Translations under genes and position numbers: made by a program
NCBI GenBank assembly: GCA_032718475.1
Contig: JAUCBJ010004890.1
Location: 1-37,657, forward strand
Reading direction: 5' to 3'
Source: Nemertoderma westbladi
Lineage: Eukaryota > Animalia > Xenacoelomorpha
DNA: 37,657 nt
In this document: positions 10,721 through 21,607 of the stretch, one piece after another
Position numbering within the stretch: position 1 is the stretch's first letter
How the letters are laid out: the number at the start of each line of letters is the position of its first letter
The notes under the pieces: model-generated
Databases searched by the model: none
What the model was told of the DNA's origin: nothing
What the model saw: the letters and a program-made list of their open reading frames with translations, nothing else

Positions 10721-12115
10721 ATGTATATAAAACATATATTTCTGATTGTCATTATTAGTACTATTCAGTTTGCAGCAGCCCAAGTTGAGAGTTCAGTGTC
10801 CCTATTGAGATCGAGTGTGAGAAAACTTGACGTTGATCTGAAGCAGAAGTTCGCCACTCAGTACCCACCATTGATGAACTCAACAGATAGGCTTGTCGTA
10901 AACGTTGGGTTTAAGCTTGTGAGCATTACGGATGTGAATATTGTCCGTTCCTCGGTGACATTTTCAGGCTGGACTGCCGTATCCTGGAATGATTTTGATC
11001 TAAAGTGGGACCCCAACGATTATTCCGGAGTTTCAGAGATGAAACTGTCGCCCTCTGATATATGGAATCCCGCCGTTACCGTCATGGATATGTTAGAACA
11101 CACAGAAGGCGATACTGTGGATTATATCCTCCTCCATTCATCTGGGAAGATAGAATATTATCAACGATTTAAGATGGAAATTGCACAAGACCATATGAAC
11201 GCAACTTATTTCCCCTATGATTATCAAATAGTTGTGATCCGATTGGCATCCTGGTTGTACAACGAATCACAAGTGTTGCTCCAATGGGATCAATCGATGT
11301 CTAAGATAATGGGCTCTGTGCGTTTCGCTTCTAACGAATGGATTTTGGATTTGAATTGGATCGATGCCACTGGAACAGTAAGTCAAATGAAAGATAAAGC
11401 GGTTTCCTTTACAACGCTGAGTTACGGTATTACCATTCGGAGGGCACCCAAATTTTATTTCAAGATAATCATATTTCCTTCCATGGTTATAAGCGCTATC
11501 ATCCCGTTTGTTTTTCTGCTTCCCCAAGAAGAAGGAGACAGAATTGGTCTTGTTTCTGCGTTATTCTTTGCTCAGCTGTTGAATCTTGTCATGGTGCAGG
11601 AATATGTTCCACCAGCAGGTAAGCCTGTACCTTTATTAAGTGGGCTCTACTATATGAACGTTAACATTACAATTATCACAGTAATTGCTTGTGTCATCCT
11701 TCAGAGAATATACCACATTTTGAACAAATTGGATGAGAAATGTTCCAACAGTGACATTGAGGAAGTTCCTAAGGATGTAGTTGGTAATGGAGAGGACATT
11801 GCTTTGAAACAGCCGAATGGTAATAAAGAACTTAATAAGAAAGGATTATCCGAAGCAACAGTCAAGTTCTTCACATTTCGATGGCGCATTAGGAAAAAGA
11901 AAATCCGGATGTTGATAAAGATAATTAAAATAGTAGATGTGGGTTTGTTTCTTTTCACTGGTATCTTTATCATAGCAGTCAACGTTGATATGATGCGAAA
12001 CTTCTCGGGAGAATCAAATGGAATGGCTCTCTTGGAACAGTTTTTTGCTCATCATGATAAAGACAATGATACAAGCAACAACCCAGAAGTTACTGATGAC
12101 TATGACTACTACTGA
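10721..12115 (+). CDS. Single-exon nAChR-like pentameric ligand-gated ion channel subunit (464 aa), Cys-less extracellular domain, copy 2
   Basis: Signal-peptide-like N-terminus. pLGIC motifs WNDFDLKWDPNDYSG, IWNP, YFPYDYQ (Pro-loop), ASWLY (loop B), NEW, IRRAPKFY before TM1, FLLPQEEGDRIGL (M1-M2 linker), VPLL before M3, and a hydrophobic M4 after KIVD. Confidence 0.92.
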   Translation: MYIKHIFLIVIISTIQFAAAQVESSVSLLRSSVRKLDVDLKQKFATQYPPLMNSTDRLVVNVGFKLVSITDVNIVRSSVTFSGWTAVSWNDFDLKWDPNDYSGVSEMKLSPSDIWNPAVTVMDMLEHTEGDTVDYILLHSSGKIEYYQRFKMEIAQDHMNATYFPYDYQIVVIRLASWLYNESQVLLQWDQSMSKIMGSVRFASNEWILDLNWIDATGTVSQMKDKAVSFTTLSYGITIRRAPKFYFKIIIFPSMVISAIIPFVFLLPQEEGDRIGLVSALFFAQLLNLVMVQEYVPPAGKPVPLLSGLYYMNVNITIITVIACVILQRIYHILNKLDEKCSNSDIEEVPKDVVGNGEDIALKQPNGNKELNKKGLSEATVKFFTFRWRIRKKKIRMLIKIIKIVDVGLFLFTGIFIIAVNVDMMRNFSGESNGMALLEQFFAHHDKDNDTSNNPEVTDDYDYY

Positions 12116-13997
12116 GATAGGAAGTCCCAATACTACGAATTGATTTTTTATAACAGAACTACACCACGAGTTAATTCTAAAACTGTGGTTTTGATTACTG
12201 TAGTAAGGTACTATTATAACCACGGCTTATCCGTTACCGTAGTCTCATGGTTGTGCCAACGCGACTTGTAGGCCTATACATGCAAGTTCGTGGGGCTTTC
12301 GAGCAGCACGAGGATCAGTTATGAGATACGAAATATAATTGAGCCATTCTATCACAGAATCGGTATTTAAGAAATTTAACAAAACCGTCAATAAATCAAA
12401 AAAGAGAGGAAAGTTCCTTCCCTTAACCTTTTATCCCCTTTGATCTGCACTCCAACCCAAAGGTCCATTATTGATGGCAGGCAGATATTGACAGCTACCC
12501 AATTTGTTAGAAATAGTAAAACTTACCTTATGTCGATTTAGTATTGATACTGAAATATTATTAAATTAATTTACCAGTTTAATGCCTCTACTAATTTGAA
12601 ATAATCACTAAGCAATCTGTCTGATTCGTATGGCTCCTTACGCTGCCTGTCTTATAGATGTAATTACTCATTGCTCGAGTAGTATAGTAGTGGTGACGTG
12701 TGGGGCGAGCCACGAAGTCCAGGTGAGCCTTTAGCATACAGTAGCAGTACAATTAGTGAGCCGTCGTCGTTGGAAATGTTTGAACGCTAATAAGTCTGTC
12801 AATCATGGATGAAATGGAACCAAACTTTGTACACATGTAGTCTATAAAAACTTCAGAAATTCTACAGAGAAACAGACTTCTGTAGTTCATATGTCTGCCG
12901 CTAGGGGGGAATTGACAGAAACGTAGAAGTATCTGTAATTATAGAACCACAATCAGTTCATCTGAAATTTGGTAGGAGTGACCTATGAACATTGCTTAAG
13001 TAGAAACTAGAAGTCGAATTGACAGAAACTTAAAAGTAGCTGAAATATAACCAATCAGATTCATCTGAAAGTTGGAGTACTGACCTACGATCATTGCTTA
13101 AATAGAACTGGTAGAGACAAGCTAACGAAGTAGTAGACCAAATTTCAAGTACTCGGATTTACAGCTTTCTCGGGTTAACCTTTCTCGCGTTAGCTGAGTC
13201 TCGTGCTGCGCGAAGGCCCCACGAACGTGTACTGATTACCACCAGCCAGGTAATAGCCAGCACGCCATGGAATTAGGGGAGATGCAAGTAGCGTGGAGAG
13301 AAGGGGCATTTTAATAAGTAAATAACGCTTATATTAATTAAAAACACATTTCCTGAAGTAAATCACTTGATCTAATAAATAACAATAATGGAATGGGGTA
13401 TGGGGATTCCAGCTGTATAATTTTTAAGTATCATTATTTATACTAGAAAATAATTAATTTCCATGAAACCGGCAGGGCAGGCGGACAATGCCTTTTTTTT
13501 ACCGAAATTAACTCAATTAACTAATTAACTGCTTTTATCTTAGCTTCTCCAAGGCAATATGCAAAATTAACTTTGAAAATTTCGAAACTTTTCCCAAACA
13601 ACATTGTGTACCAAGTTTGGATAGATTTCATCGAGGATTAGCTGAGTTATTAACGTTTAAATATACGGATCTACAGAACGACAGATCTACAGACACGCCG
13701 ATTGAGATAGTGGTACCCGTATACTACGCTCTCTTACTTTCTTTGCTCTCCCCACAATAATGGAATACAGTAGAGTATTAGGCCTACATGTACTTCATCG
13801 TACAACAATATCCCCACCCCTCCCCATTTGCAATAAACTGAAACTAGTCTACAGTTTTCTTGCGTGTCAATTTATAAAATTTATATAAAGTTATTTAGCT
13901 GGAATTTGATACTAAGTTTTAAGTAACAAAAGAGAGTTGGACACCGAATATCTTCTATGTTTTTTATGATACAGTTAGTTCAGTGTTACTTGGCCAA

Positions 13998-14121
13998 GGG
14001 AGGTCTAAACTACTGGTGCAGGGAGCCTGGGAGGTCTAAACTACTGGTGCAGGGAGCCTGGGCGGTCTAAACTACTGGTGCAGGGAGCCTGGGAGGTCTA
14101 AACTACTGGTGCAGGGAGCCT
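13998..14121. repeat. 31-bp tandem repeat x4 (single unit in copy 1 at 2521-2551)
   Basis: GGGAGGTCTAAACTACTGGTGCAGGGAGCCT repeated four times. Confidence 0.92.
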
Positions 14122-14639
14122 AGAGTTAGATGGAAATGATGGGTGGTTTTTAATCTTGTTTGCAATTTTACTGTAATGGTTATTTTTTTTATCCAAGTTT
14201 TAATAAACCAGAAATGCAGGTCTGTCTTGTGATTCCATATTTCATGGGGTGGGGGTTTCATTACAAGATTATTAACAATCTGAATTTAGTAAACAAATGG
14301 CCGATATGCAGATTCGTAGTAATCCGTATACAATGTTTACTTTCCATCGATACCATCATAACAATATGGGTCCGACAAAAATAATCCAAAATTAGTTTCC
14401 AACTAAAATGCGAAAAAGAAAGATTGAAAAAAACAGAGGAACGCACTAACAGTCTAACTAACAAGTCTCCTTAGCTCACGTCCCATGTTTGTACCTCATG
14501 TTGTGGCCTTCGCTAACTAAAACAATGCTGTAAGGGTTCATTCACTAATACCCGTGAAGTCCATATTATATTGAGACTACCATGTTTAACGAATACCTAT
14601 ATATCCTATACCAATCTCCAACACATTGAATTTCTAAGA

Positions 14640-16598
14640 TCAACGGCCACTGCTACCAGTGAGATCGTTGGGCGGCCAACGGACACTGCTACCAGTGAGA
14701 TCTGTGCTTTTCTGGGCAACCAACGGCCACTGCTACCAGTGAGATCTCTGGGCAGCCAACTGTCACTGCTACCAGTGAGATCTCTGGGCAGCCAACGGCC
14801 ACTTCGACCAACAGTGAGATCTCTGGGCAGCCAACGGTCACTGCTACCAGTGAGATCTCTGGGTAGCCAACTGCCACTGCTACCAGTGAGATCTCTGGGC
14901 GGCCAACGGCCACTACTACCAATGAGGTCTCTGGGCAGCCAACGGACAATGCTACCAGTAAGATCTCTGGGCAGCCAACGACCACTGCTACCAGTGAGAT
15001 CTCTGGGCAGCCAACGGCCAGTGCTACCAGTGAGATCTCCGGGCGGACAGCGGCCTCTGCTACCAGTGACATCTCTGGGCAGCCAACAGCCACTGCTACC
15101 AGTGAGATCTCTGGGCAGCCAACGGTCACTGGTACCAGTGAGATCTCTGGGCAGCCAACGGCCACTGCTACCAGTGAGATCTCTGGGCAGCCAACGGCCA
15201 CTGCTACCAGTGAGATCTCTGGGCAGCCAACGGCCACTGCTACCAGTGAGATCTCTGGGCAGCCAACTACCACTGCTACCAGTGAGATCTCTGGGCGGCC
15301 AACGGCCACTACTACCAGTGAGGTCTCTGGGCAGCCAACGGACAATGCTACCAGTAAGATCTCTGGGCAGCCAACGACCACTGCTACCAGTGAGATCTCT
15401 GGGCAGCCAACGGCCAGTTCTACCAGTGAGATCTCCGGGCGGACAGCGGCCTCTGCTACCAGTGACATCTCTGGGCAGCCAACAGCCACTGCTACCAGTG
15501 GGATCTCTGGGCAGCCAACGATCACTGCTATCAGTGAGATCTCTGGGCAGCCAACGACCACTGCTACCAGCAGTGAGACCTCCGGGCAGCCAACGGCCAC
15601 TGCTACCAGTGAGATCTCTGGGTGCCTAACGGCCATTTCTACCAGCAGTGAGAGCTCTGGGCAGCCAACTGCCACTGCTACCAGTGAGATCTCTGTGCAG
15701 CTAACGACCACTGCTACCAGCCACTGCTACCAGTGAGATCTCTGGGCAGTCATCGGCCACTGCTACCAGTGAGATCTCTGGGCAGCCAACTGCCACTGCT
15801 ACCGCCGTACCAGTGAGATCTCTGGGCGGCCAACGGCCACTGCTACCCGTGAGGTCTCTGGGCAGCCAACTGTCACTGATACCAGTGAGATCTCTGGGCA
15901 GCCATCGGCCACTGCTACCAGTGAGATCTCTGGGCAGCCAACGGACAATGCTTCCAGTGAGATTTCTGGGTGCCTAACGGCCACTGCTACCAGCAGTGAG
16001 ATCTCTGGGCAGCCAACTGCCACTGCTACCAGTGAGATCTCTGGGCAGCCAACTGCCACTGCTACCAGTGAGATCTCTGGGCAGCCAACGGCCACTGCCA
16101 CCAGTGAGATCTCGGGGTGGCTAACGGCCACTGCTACCAGTGAGATCTCTGGGTGCCTAACCGCCACTGCTACCAGCAGTGAAACCTCTGGGCAGTCAAC
16201 GGCCACTGCTACCAGTGAGATCTCTGGGCAGCCAACGGCCACTGCTACCAGTGAGCTTTCTTGGGCAGCCAACGGCCACTGCTACCAGTGAGATCTCGGG
16301 GCAGCCAACGTCCACTGCTACCAGTGAGCTTTCTTGGGCAGCCAACGGACACTGCTACAAGTGAGATCTCTGGGCAGCCAACGGCCACTGCTACCATTGA
16401 GATCTCTGGGCAGCCAACGGCCACTGCTACCATTGAGATCTCTGGGCAGCCAACGGCCACTGCTACCAGTGAGATCTCTGGGCAGCCAACGGCCGCTGCT
16501 ACCAGTAGTGAGATCTCGGGGCAGCCAACGTCCACTGCCACCAGTGAGATCTCTGGGCAGCCAACGGACACTGCTACAAGTGAGATCTCTGGACGGCC
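14640..16598. repeat. 36-bp GC-rich minisatellite, array 2 (about 54 units)
   Basis: Same consensus as array 1. Confidence 0.97.
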
Positions 16599-17056
16599 GC
16601 AATTCCCCTGTTACAACCCAACCAATGGCAGTTTTCGAATGATGTGGTTTTTAAGATTTTAGAAATATTTAAAAATTTCAACTTTATCACCAGTAGGAAC
16701 CATCTCTTATTTAAGATTTGTCTTTGTTCATGTTGAAGCAATAAAACAAAGTTCGGAATATCTGAAATTATTTTTGATACGATAAACACAATTTAACAAA
16801 AACACAACTAAAAATTTACAAATACTATGTTGAGCAGCGAGCACTGAACAATAATCAAATACCTACTTGGACGAGTATATAGTATAATTTGGTTCACATT
16901 CGACAAACGATTATAATATAATGTCTGACACCAAATAATCCACAAATACCCCAATCCAAAAACCTCAATAACTGTAGAGAAATATTAATTTAAATAAAGA
17001 TAAAGACAATAAAGAATTTATATTAACAGTAATTGTATCGGCTAATAATATTCCAG

Positions 17057-18484
17057 TCAGTTATAATTCTGACGAATCGACGTCGTAAATAGCAACTTAG
17101 AATTCCTCCCGCCTTTCTTTTTCTTACCAGATCGCTGTTTACTGGTGTTGCTAGGGGTATCCATAGCTGCGTCCAAGGCAACAGCTAAAGCCGAGGAGAA
17201 CGAGTCTCTGTAGGTCGGAGGCCTGTCCTCATCCACGATAACATCCGCCTCGTCGTCGGGGATCTGTTCGGTAGATTCCGCGGATTCCTTTATGGATCTC
17301 CGGACAGGCCAAACCGCCAGTTTCGGGGTTTCGTTAACAACTGAAGCGAAACTTCCGGCTGATCCGGGAACACCGGACATTTCGGACACACCCGGAAAAG
17401 TGGACGAGGGAACGCCGGACACCGGAGGCGATTCCAATACCGGAAACAAATCGCTAACAGATCCATCCAATGGGGATCGAGGTCGCATATCCGGGAAGTG
17501 CGATTGGTTGAAAGGAACCGCGGTGGCGCCGGCGTTCTTCCTCTGTTCCTCAGCCACCCGTCGCCGTTCCAAACGTTCCCGCTTCTGCCGGACTTTCCTC
17601 CGTTTGTAGACATCCTCGGCGAACTGTTCCAGCACCGCTGGGGACACCAGCGATGACGTCATCCTGAGCTCGCAGACCGTGAACTCGCAGGTGAGCGGCA
17701 AATGGGCGAGGTAACGCAGACGGACTCGCACCTCCTCCGTCATAGACTTACTCTCCAGCTCTAGGACCTCCGCTTGAATCCGATAGGGGGCGTTACGGAG
17801 ACCGCCGTACTCCCGACTCAACATCTGGGCGCACATCGGGTTCAGGTAGACATGTTGGCCGTCCTCGCTCTGGTAGAAGTAGTAGATATCCTTGGGACCT
17901 TGGGAGCCGCGGTTGGAAGTGCTGCACCCGAGATTCAACTCGTCTTCCACTAAACAATCTTCCAATACACTACGACCATCTACAACATTATCTGCACCAC
18001 TAACAACTTCTTCTACATCGGAATCAGGACAGGAAATCGACTGAGTACTATTATTTAAATCCGGATCGGCATCTGTCTTCACTTCCATTGTCGCCTTGTC
18101 TTCGACTCCTACAACGGTTTCTTCAACCCCGCGGTTGCTCTGTTCCCTTTCCGCTAGCTCTCTCAGTGCCTGCTCTATGAAGCACGTATCCACATTCTCC
18201 GACTCCTCCTCCAGTATCCCCGACAGCTGCCGGAATTCCTCGTCCAGGATCTCACGTTGGACCCGAGTAGCCGAGATCCCGAGTATCTTCCCGAATCGAT
18301 CGACGTCGTCGTCGTCCCCGAGATGAACCCGGAGGGGCACCGGGTTGATCATCCCTCGGGTTCGGCACATTAACACCATCGCCAGGGGTTCCGCAACGCT
18401 CGGACGTCGGGAGTCAACCAGCTGAACGCTCTTTAGGTCCCGACTATAAACGGGGTCGTAGCAGATCGGACATCGACGCCACAC
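17057..18484 (-). CDS. RNF10: RING finger protein 10, coding exon 2 (475 aa; about 680 aa spliced)
   Basis: Acceptor ttattatcccAG|GTG at 18485/18484 completes the RING (VWRRCPIC). Family motifs YYFYQSEDGQHVYLNP and RLRYLAHLPLTCEF, and a basic C-terminal tail KKKK...KLLFTT. Confidence 0.9.
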   Translation of the reverse strand: MWRRCPICYDPVYSRDLKSVQLVDSRRPSVAEPLAMVLMCRTRGMINPVPLRVHLGDDDDVDRFGKILGISATRVQREILDEEFRQLSGILEEESENVDTCFIEQALRELAEREQSNRGVEETVVGVEDKATMEVKTDADPDLNNSTQSISCPDSDVEEVVSGADNVVDGRSVLEDCLVEDELNLGCSTSNRGSQGPKDIYYFYQSEDGQHVYLNPMCAQMLSREYGGLRNAPYRIQAEVLELESKSMTEEVRVRLRYLAHLPLTCEFTVCELRMTSSLVSPAVLEQFAEDVYKRRKVRQKRERLERRRVAEEQRKNAGATAVPFNQSHFPDMRPRSPLDGSVSDLFPVLESPPVSGVPSSTFPGVSEMSGVPGSAGSFASVVNETPKLAVWPVRRSIKESAESTEQIPDDEADVIVDEDRPPTYRDSFSSALAVALDAAMDTPSNTSKQRSGKKKKGGRNSKLLFTTSIRQNYN

Positions 18485-19113
18485 CTGGGATAATAAATAA
18501 ATATATAAAATACCAAAACTGTTTGGCACCTATTTAGTCGATTAGTTGAGTCCAAATAGTTACTAGTTACGTAAGAGATCAAGATAAAACTTATTGAAAT
18601 AGTTTTGATTTTGTTTGTTATTATTGTTACCTACAGAAACACCTGTCGCACATTTTTCCCGGTAACCCGAAGTCACTTACTGCAATTAATAGTTGTAGAA
18701 GATTCAAAGGGGCAATTATAGTGAACAAGGTTTTTTGGGTATTCCAAACCTAATGGTAGCTAAAGAATATGTATTACAATGACTGCTGTTAATAATTGTA
18801 ATGGAAAATGATAATAAAATGTATTAAAGGATTGGAGTCTACCGTAGTCAAATTACCATTGCTCTGCGGACTAAATAGTCTATACTAATACTATAATATC
18901 GATTGGACCAAAGTTTGTTTACCAAATTTGGGGAAAATCCTACCAAGATCTAATTTGTTGTTTGGTGCTAAGGAAATGGTAAATATGTTAATTGAGAAGG
19001 TTCACCCTGGGTCGATTTTTCCAGATTTTGTGTGTGACATTGCCGGAAATGCCTAGAACAAATACCATAACAAAAGAAAAGGTGTTTAGTGTTCTATCTA
19101 GTTATCTACCCAC

Positions 19114-19728
19114 CTTATCCCCCAAGGCCAGGTAGTGCAGCACGCAAGGCCAGCAGTAGACATGGCCACAACGTGTCATTTTAGCCGCGATCGGGGGGTA
19201 CAGACATATGGGACAGGAGAGGGGTTCGCCGGGGTTGCGAACTACAACCCGTTCGATCATCTCCCATCCCACCAACGTATCCGGATCAGCCGTCTCAGAG
19301 AACCCAGATTCCTTCACGAGGAACTGACAGTTCGCCTGAATGAAGAAATCCTTGTTGAACTTGGAGCGCCGAGGAATCCTCCAGCGGGGAGCCCCTGGGG
19401 GGTTGCCGAAACAATGCCCGTCCGCGGGGACGTAACTGAATCCCATCAAATGTGTCACGTCAATATTCTTACCGCCCCGCCCGCCTCGTCTACTCGCAAG
19501 GCTCTCCTCTAACGTGGGTTCCACCAGCGATTCCTGGTTACCATGACCACGACCACGTTTACCGGGGTACCCTCCTCCCCAGCCTCGCCTACCGCGCGGC
19601 TTACTCGACCAATCACAGACCGCGGCTCTACTAGCGGAGCGCGGCCATTGGCTGGATCTCGGAGCTGCAACGACGGACTCCGGAATGGCGACTCTCGAGT
19701 TCTGAAACTTCTCCATCTCCTCTCCCAT
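19114..19728 (-). CDS. RNF10: RING finger protein 10, coding exon 1 (205 codons)
   Basis: FNKDFFIQANCQFLV, DPDTLVGWEMI and CPICLYPPIAAKMTRCGHVYCWPCVLHYL match the RNF10/Mag2 family. Donor AAG|GTGGGT at 19114/19113, phase 0. The start codon is not certain. Confidence 0.9.
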
Positions 19729-20226
19729 ACAACGAAAAGTAAAGAAAGTAATAGGCGTAGTAGCGACGAGATTGTGGTAACTTATTCATTTTATTACACT
19801 TAAAACTGCATTGTCTGGACGAAAAAAAATAGAAAATAAAGTTTATACCCGATTAGACTTTTAGAGGATCGCAAACGAAATTTATAAGTCGAAGATAAAT
19901 GAGGTTGTTCTACTGTCCTCCGTGGACAATAGAATACTGGAATAGCGATGTATTTCCGGTTCTGTCTGACTGCAGACTGTTACCACAGCCTGGTAGAGAA
20001 ATATTGCGATTTGTTCAGTCTAATAAATTGCGATAGACCTACCAGTAGAAGATACCGGTAGACAAAGACAAAATTACAGATTAATTAAATTAGGGAGGCT
20101 ACAGAATAATGGATCAATGTACCGTAGCAACAAAGGTACCGGTACAAACAACAGTAAAATGTTTCAGTATTTAATATTTCTGAACTGAACCGTCAGTGGC
20201 TCAGTATCGTATCACAAATAATAACA

Positions 20227-21068
20227 AACACGAAGTGGGGCCTTCGCGCAGCACGTGACTTAATTATACTTAGTTATACATTTCGCCCTCTAGCGGCAGA
20301 CTGGAGGACTCCAGACCGTTTACTGCCCACCAAAGACTCAGGCCGACTTCTACTACATATCTGCTACGTTTCAGCTTGAACGGATCATAAATAACGAGAT
20401 GGGAGAAAGATTTCACTTTCAAACATTTCGCCCTCTAGCGGCAGACTGAAGAACTGCACACGGATTAGCCTTCAATTCAATTCAATTCAATTCCTTCTTT
20501 CAAAGTCACAGCTAATGGTCTAGTACATATCTGCCAAATTTCAGCATAAATGGATTAAAAGCAAAGAAATGGGAGGACATTTAACGTTTAGACATGTGGC
20601 CCTCTAGCAGGAGACTATTGCTCTGATGGTGTCTGAAAGTCTCTCAAACGTCTCAACTTTAGCTCATATTGATACCTACAAATTTTCAACTTGGCAGCTT
20701 TAAATCCGACAAAGTTATTAGCATGTCAAAATCGTAACGACGACAACGATTTCACTTTCAGACCTTTGGCCCTCTAGCGGCAGACTGGAGAACTGCAGAT
20801 GGATTCGCCTCCTTTGAAAGTCACAGCTAATGGTCTAATACATATCTGCCAAGTTTCAGCTTAAACGGATTAAAAGCAAAGAAATGGGAGGGCATTTAAT
20901 GTTTAGACATGTGGCCCTCTAGCGGGAGACCATTGCACTGATGGTGTCTGAAAGTCTCTCAAAAATCTCAACTTTTGCTCATATTGATACCTACAAATTT
21001 TCAACTTGGCAGCTTTAAATCCGACAAAGTTATTAGCATGTCAAAATCGTAACGACGACGACGACGAC

Positions 21069-21100
<32 letters not shown>

Positions 21101-21180
21101 CAACTATTTGCATAAATTGACCCACCCCCTAACAGTGTCAATTCGCTAAGGCTCCGCCAACTTCGTGGCTCGCCCCACAA
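20227..21180 (+). mobile_element. HINE/DINE-1/pearl-like non-autonomous element with internal tandem repeats and a (GAC)n tract
   Basis: 5' cacgaagtggggc is complementary in two blocks to 3' acttcgtg-gctc-gccccac. Two internal units of about 315-340 bp (starting near 20410 and 20750), (TTCAA)n at 20471-20493 and (GAC)n at 21052-21103. Confidence 0.6.
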
Positions 21181-21607
21181 GTATCCACCGTTGTTATACA
21201 GTAAGTACAGTACTGTACATACTGTATAACAACGGTCTGGATGCTAAAGAAAGACCCATGATAACAACGGATGTATAACATCATCTTTACTTAAAGAACT
21301 CCCCTCCAATGGTATGATATTGATATTGATTTATTAGTGACGGGACACATAATAGATAATATTTAAGTTGGTATAGACCGTTAGCAACCATACAATTGTT
21401 ATAGATACAGTACGAGATATTTTTGTTATGGAATTAAATCAGTATGGTATGAAAAATATATGAACAGTACATCTTACGCGAGTTATATCGATAAAATTGT
21501 CACTTAATGGGATAGCCACATGAGGCGCACCTCGTTTCCATGTGGGTCCCCGCTATGTAATAATGTTTTAGGTAAAATAGTCGGGGAAGTAATAAAATTA
21601 AATTTAG

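Larger units (their letters stand above)
11394..16730 (+). repeat. Tandem segmental duplication, copy 2 (portion matched within the window)
   Basis: Matches 1-6676 apart from scattered SNPs, small indels, the 3038-5074 insertion and minisatellite copy number. Confidence 0.9.

Noticed and set aside
18485-18529. N-terminal MPNSFGILYIYLLSQ of the 490-aa ORF (likewise MYYLNFPSLQ at 34924-34953)
   Set aside because: This is translated intron 3' end upstream of the splice acceptor.
17290-19803. Short overlapping or antisense ORFs within RNF10 (similarly within IK and the LINE ORFs)
   Set aside because: These are shadow frames of GC-rich coding sequence with no recognisable motifs.
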